Shown here in pieces: positions 61,781 to 64,000 of a DNA stretch of 64,000 nt. Within the stretch, counting starts at the first letter, position 1, and each line of letters begins with the position of its first letter. The position numbers and the translations under genes are program-made. Under the pieces are notes generated by a model that saw only the letters and a list, made by a program, of their open reading frames with translations, did not search any database and was not told the DNA's origin. Source of the DNA: Octopus vulgaris (lineage: Eukaryota); assembly GCA_951406725.2 (NCBI GenBank), contig OX597831.1:18600001-18664000 (forward strand). Reading direction: 5' to 3'.

Positions 61781-61950
61781 GTTTACAAGTAGTTCTCACG
61801 AATTGCATGTATTTAATGCAATTACAGCTGAGGTTATAATTCTGCATAAGATTTGTGATGTCAAGAAAAACTCTTATGCAAGCTACTTGTAATGACATTT
61901 GTATTTATCAGCAAATGTATCGCTTAATTTCTATCTATTTACACACACAA

Positions 61951-61981
<31 letters not shown>

Positions 61982-61983
61982 CA

Positions 61984-62053
<70 letters not shown>

Positions 62054-62077
62054 AATATGTATATATATATACATGTA

Positions 62078-62116
<39 letters not shown>

Positions 62117-62559
62117 TTATATTATAGTATAGTATATATATACTATATTATATTATAGTATATTGTATATATGAATTAATCTTCTCTCTTCGCTCTTATA
62201 CGCCATTTGGTCTCAACTCCCCCCATCCTCATCTAACCCCCCTCTCCCCTCTCCTCACCTGTCCTTTCCCCCCGACCCCTACTTCTTCAGTCCGTCATCC
62301 TTTCACCCCTACTCCCCTTCCCTTCTTCCCTCTTTCTCCATCCCTCCTTCCCTCTTCCCCTTCCCTCTGCTCCCTCACTCCCTCTCTCCCCTTCTCTCTC
62401 CCCCTCCCCTCCTCCCATTCCTTCTCCCCCTCCTCTCTCTCCCCCCATCCTCTCCTCTTCGCCCTCCTCTTCCCCTCCCCTTTTCTCCCCCTCTTCTCCT
62501 CACTACACCACACGACTCTACACATCACATCATATATGATGTGCCATAGTAATACATAC

Positions 62560-62940
62560 ACCAACTAATACATACTAATACGTACTAATACATACTAATA
62601 CATACTAATACATACACCAACCCTATACATACACACGTCCAGACCCCTCATACGCACTGATACTCTCTCATACACACACACACACACACACACTTATACA
62701 TACTAATACGTACTAATACATACTAATACATACTAATACATACACCAACCCCATACATACGCACGTCCAGACCAATCCTACGCACTAATACTCTCTCATA
62801 CACACACACACACACACACACACCCTTATACATACTAATACATACACCAACCCTATACATACACACGTCCAGACCCCTCCTACGCAATATTAGCTGGTCC
62901 TTCAACCCTATTATCAACCCTATTATCAACCCTATTATCT
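62560..62940. repeat. Compound minisatellite: (TACTAATACA)n in higher-order units, then (CCCTATTATCAA)3
   Basis: CCAACCCTATACATACACACGTCCAGACC-like unit repeated three times. Confidence 0.8.
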
Positions 62941-63071
62941 CCCCTTATTTCGCTCTCGCGTCTCATGTTTGATCTTTGACCTCTGGCCGAAATCAGATCG
63001 CCATGTTGATTCGTTAGCTACTGCACGCATTTTTTCTCTCCTTCTTTCTGTGTATTTTTTCTCTCTGTGTA

Positions 63072-63109
63072 TCTTTCTGTTGAAGAGCGTAGGCTCGAAA
63101 CGTTAAAGA
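63072..63109 (+). ncRNA. Minimal type I hammerhead motif (A6U) in a Penelope-like pLTR (about 62940-63208)
   Basis: TCTTT-CTGTTGA-A-GAGC GTAG GCTC-GAAA-CG-TT-AAAGA. Confidence 0.65.
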
Positions 63110-63225
63110 CTTGTTTTATTTATATTTCCTGAGCGCCATACTAATACAATTGTACGTTTGTTTTCCACCTGCCTTCGTCTTTTGTCTATTTTCATAAAGC
63201 TTCCCGTTATATATATATATATATA

Positions 63226-64000
63226 TCCTTAAATCCTTAAATCCTTAAAAAATGTTTTAGCCCAACGGCCGCGGCCATGCTGGGGCACCACCGCTGAATG
63301 AGCTACACTAATTTGTGAATCCACCTCTGATACGTGGCACTTGATCAACAAGGGAGTTCGATGCTGCTGCCCGCATCTGCGTCTCCTGTCGTGAGGTAGG
63401 TTCATCTGGGACTCCCACAAGAAGAGATCCAGTTTAGATTTAAAGAAACCCACAACCACACCATGTAAGTCTCTCAGGCATTTAGGGAGGATGTTAAAGA
63501 GCTGTGGTCCTCTGAAACCCAAGCTGTTGCACTATCTGGACCTGTATTTTGATGGTGATGTTGGCACCATGCAGTGGTGCCCCCTTCTGCGGTTGGGGTA
63601 ACTTTGAATGCCAAAGTTTGGGACAAGACCCTCCAGGATTTTCCAGATGTATATCACCGCATATCTCTCCCGCCTCCGCTCTAGGGAGAAGAGGTTTAAT
63701 ACCTTCAGTCTTTCCCAGTAGCTGATATTTTGCATTCAGACGATTTTCTTTGTGTAGCTTCTCTGAATTTCTTCGAGTTCTGCTGTTAGTTTTATATTGT
63801 GTGGTGACCACAGTTGAGAGCAGTAGTCCAAGCGGCTGAGGACGAATGTTTTCCATAGGACCATCAGTGTCTCCTTCTCTCTTGTTCTGAAAGTTCGGAG
63901 AATCCATCCAGCTAGCCGTCTGCATTTTATCACCAGATTAGCAATATGCACTTGGAAAGATGCATCATTGCTCATGTCAATGCCCAGGTCACGCACTGAT
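63226..64000 (-). mobile_element. CR1-group LINE 3' end, same family as 16277-18194, running off the window
   Basis: Near-identical to 16277-17058, with a (GGATTTAA)n tail in (TA)n. Confidence 0.95.

Noticed and set aside
62560-62940. CRISPR-like repeat array
   Set aside because: This is a eukaryotic minisatellite without unique spacers or cas genes.

Overview
AT-rich, microsatellite-laden animal genomic DNA. The SINE/LINE repertoire suggests an octopus or other coleoid cephalopod (inference). Nearly all ORFs in the supplied track are microsatellite or antisense noise. Two main signals were found by reading the sequence. (1) A tandem pair of previously unflagged, 4-exon, minus-strand genes for small secreted Cys-rich proteins: gene A 27146-33542 and gene B about 40091-51386. 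They share intron phases, an 88-nt exon 3, and a C-x7-C-x12/13-C-x8-C-x7-C-x11-C framework. (2) About ten hammerhead-ribozyme (HHR) motifs from about six repeat families, carried by Penelope-like or retrozyme-like elements. These include a 557-bp tandem unit whose inversion breakpoint sits at the predicted self-cleavage site, a U3-A8 compensatory variant, and a candidate tRNA-headed HHR SINE. The window also holds five CR1-group LINE copies, a cluster of R4/Dong-like REL retroelements in (AAT)n arrays, many tRNA-derived SINEs, mariner remnants and a MITE, a non-autonomous Helitron, and several long palindromes. All calls were made by eye, without database searches.
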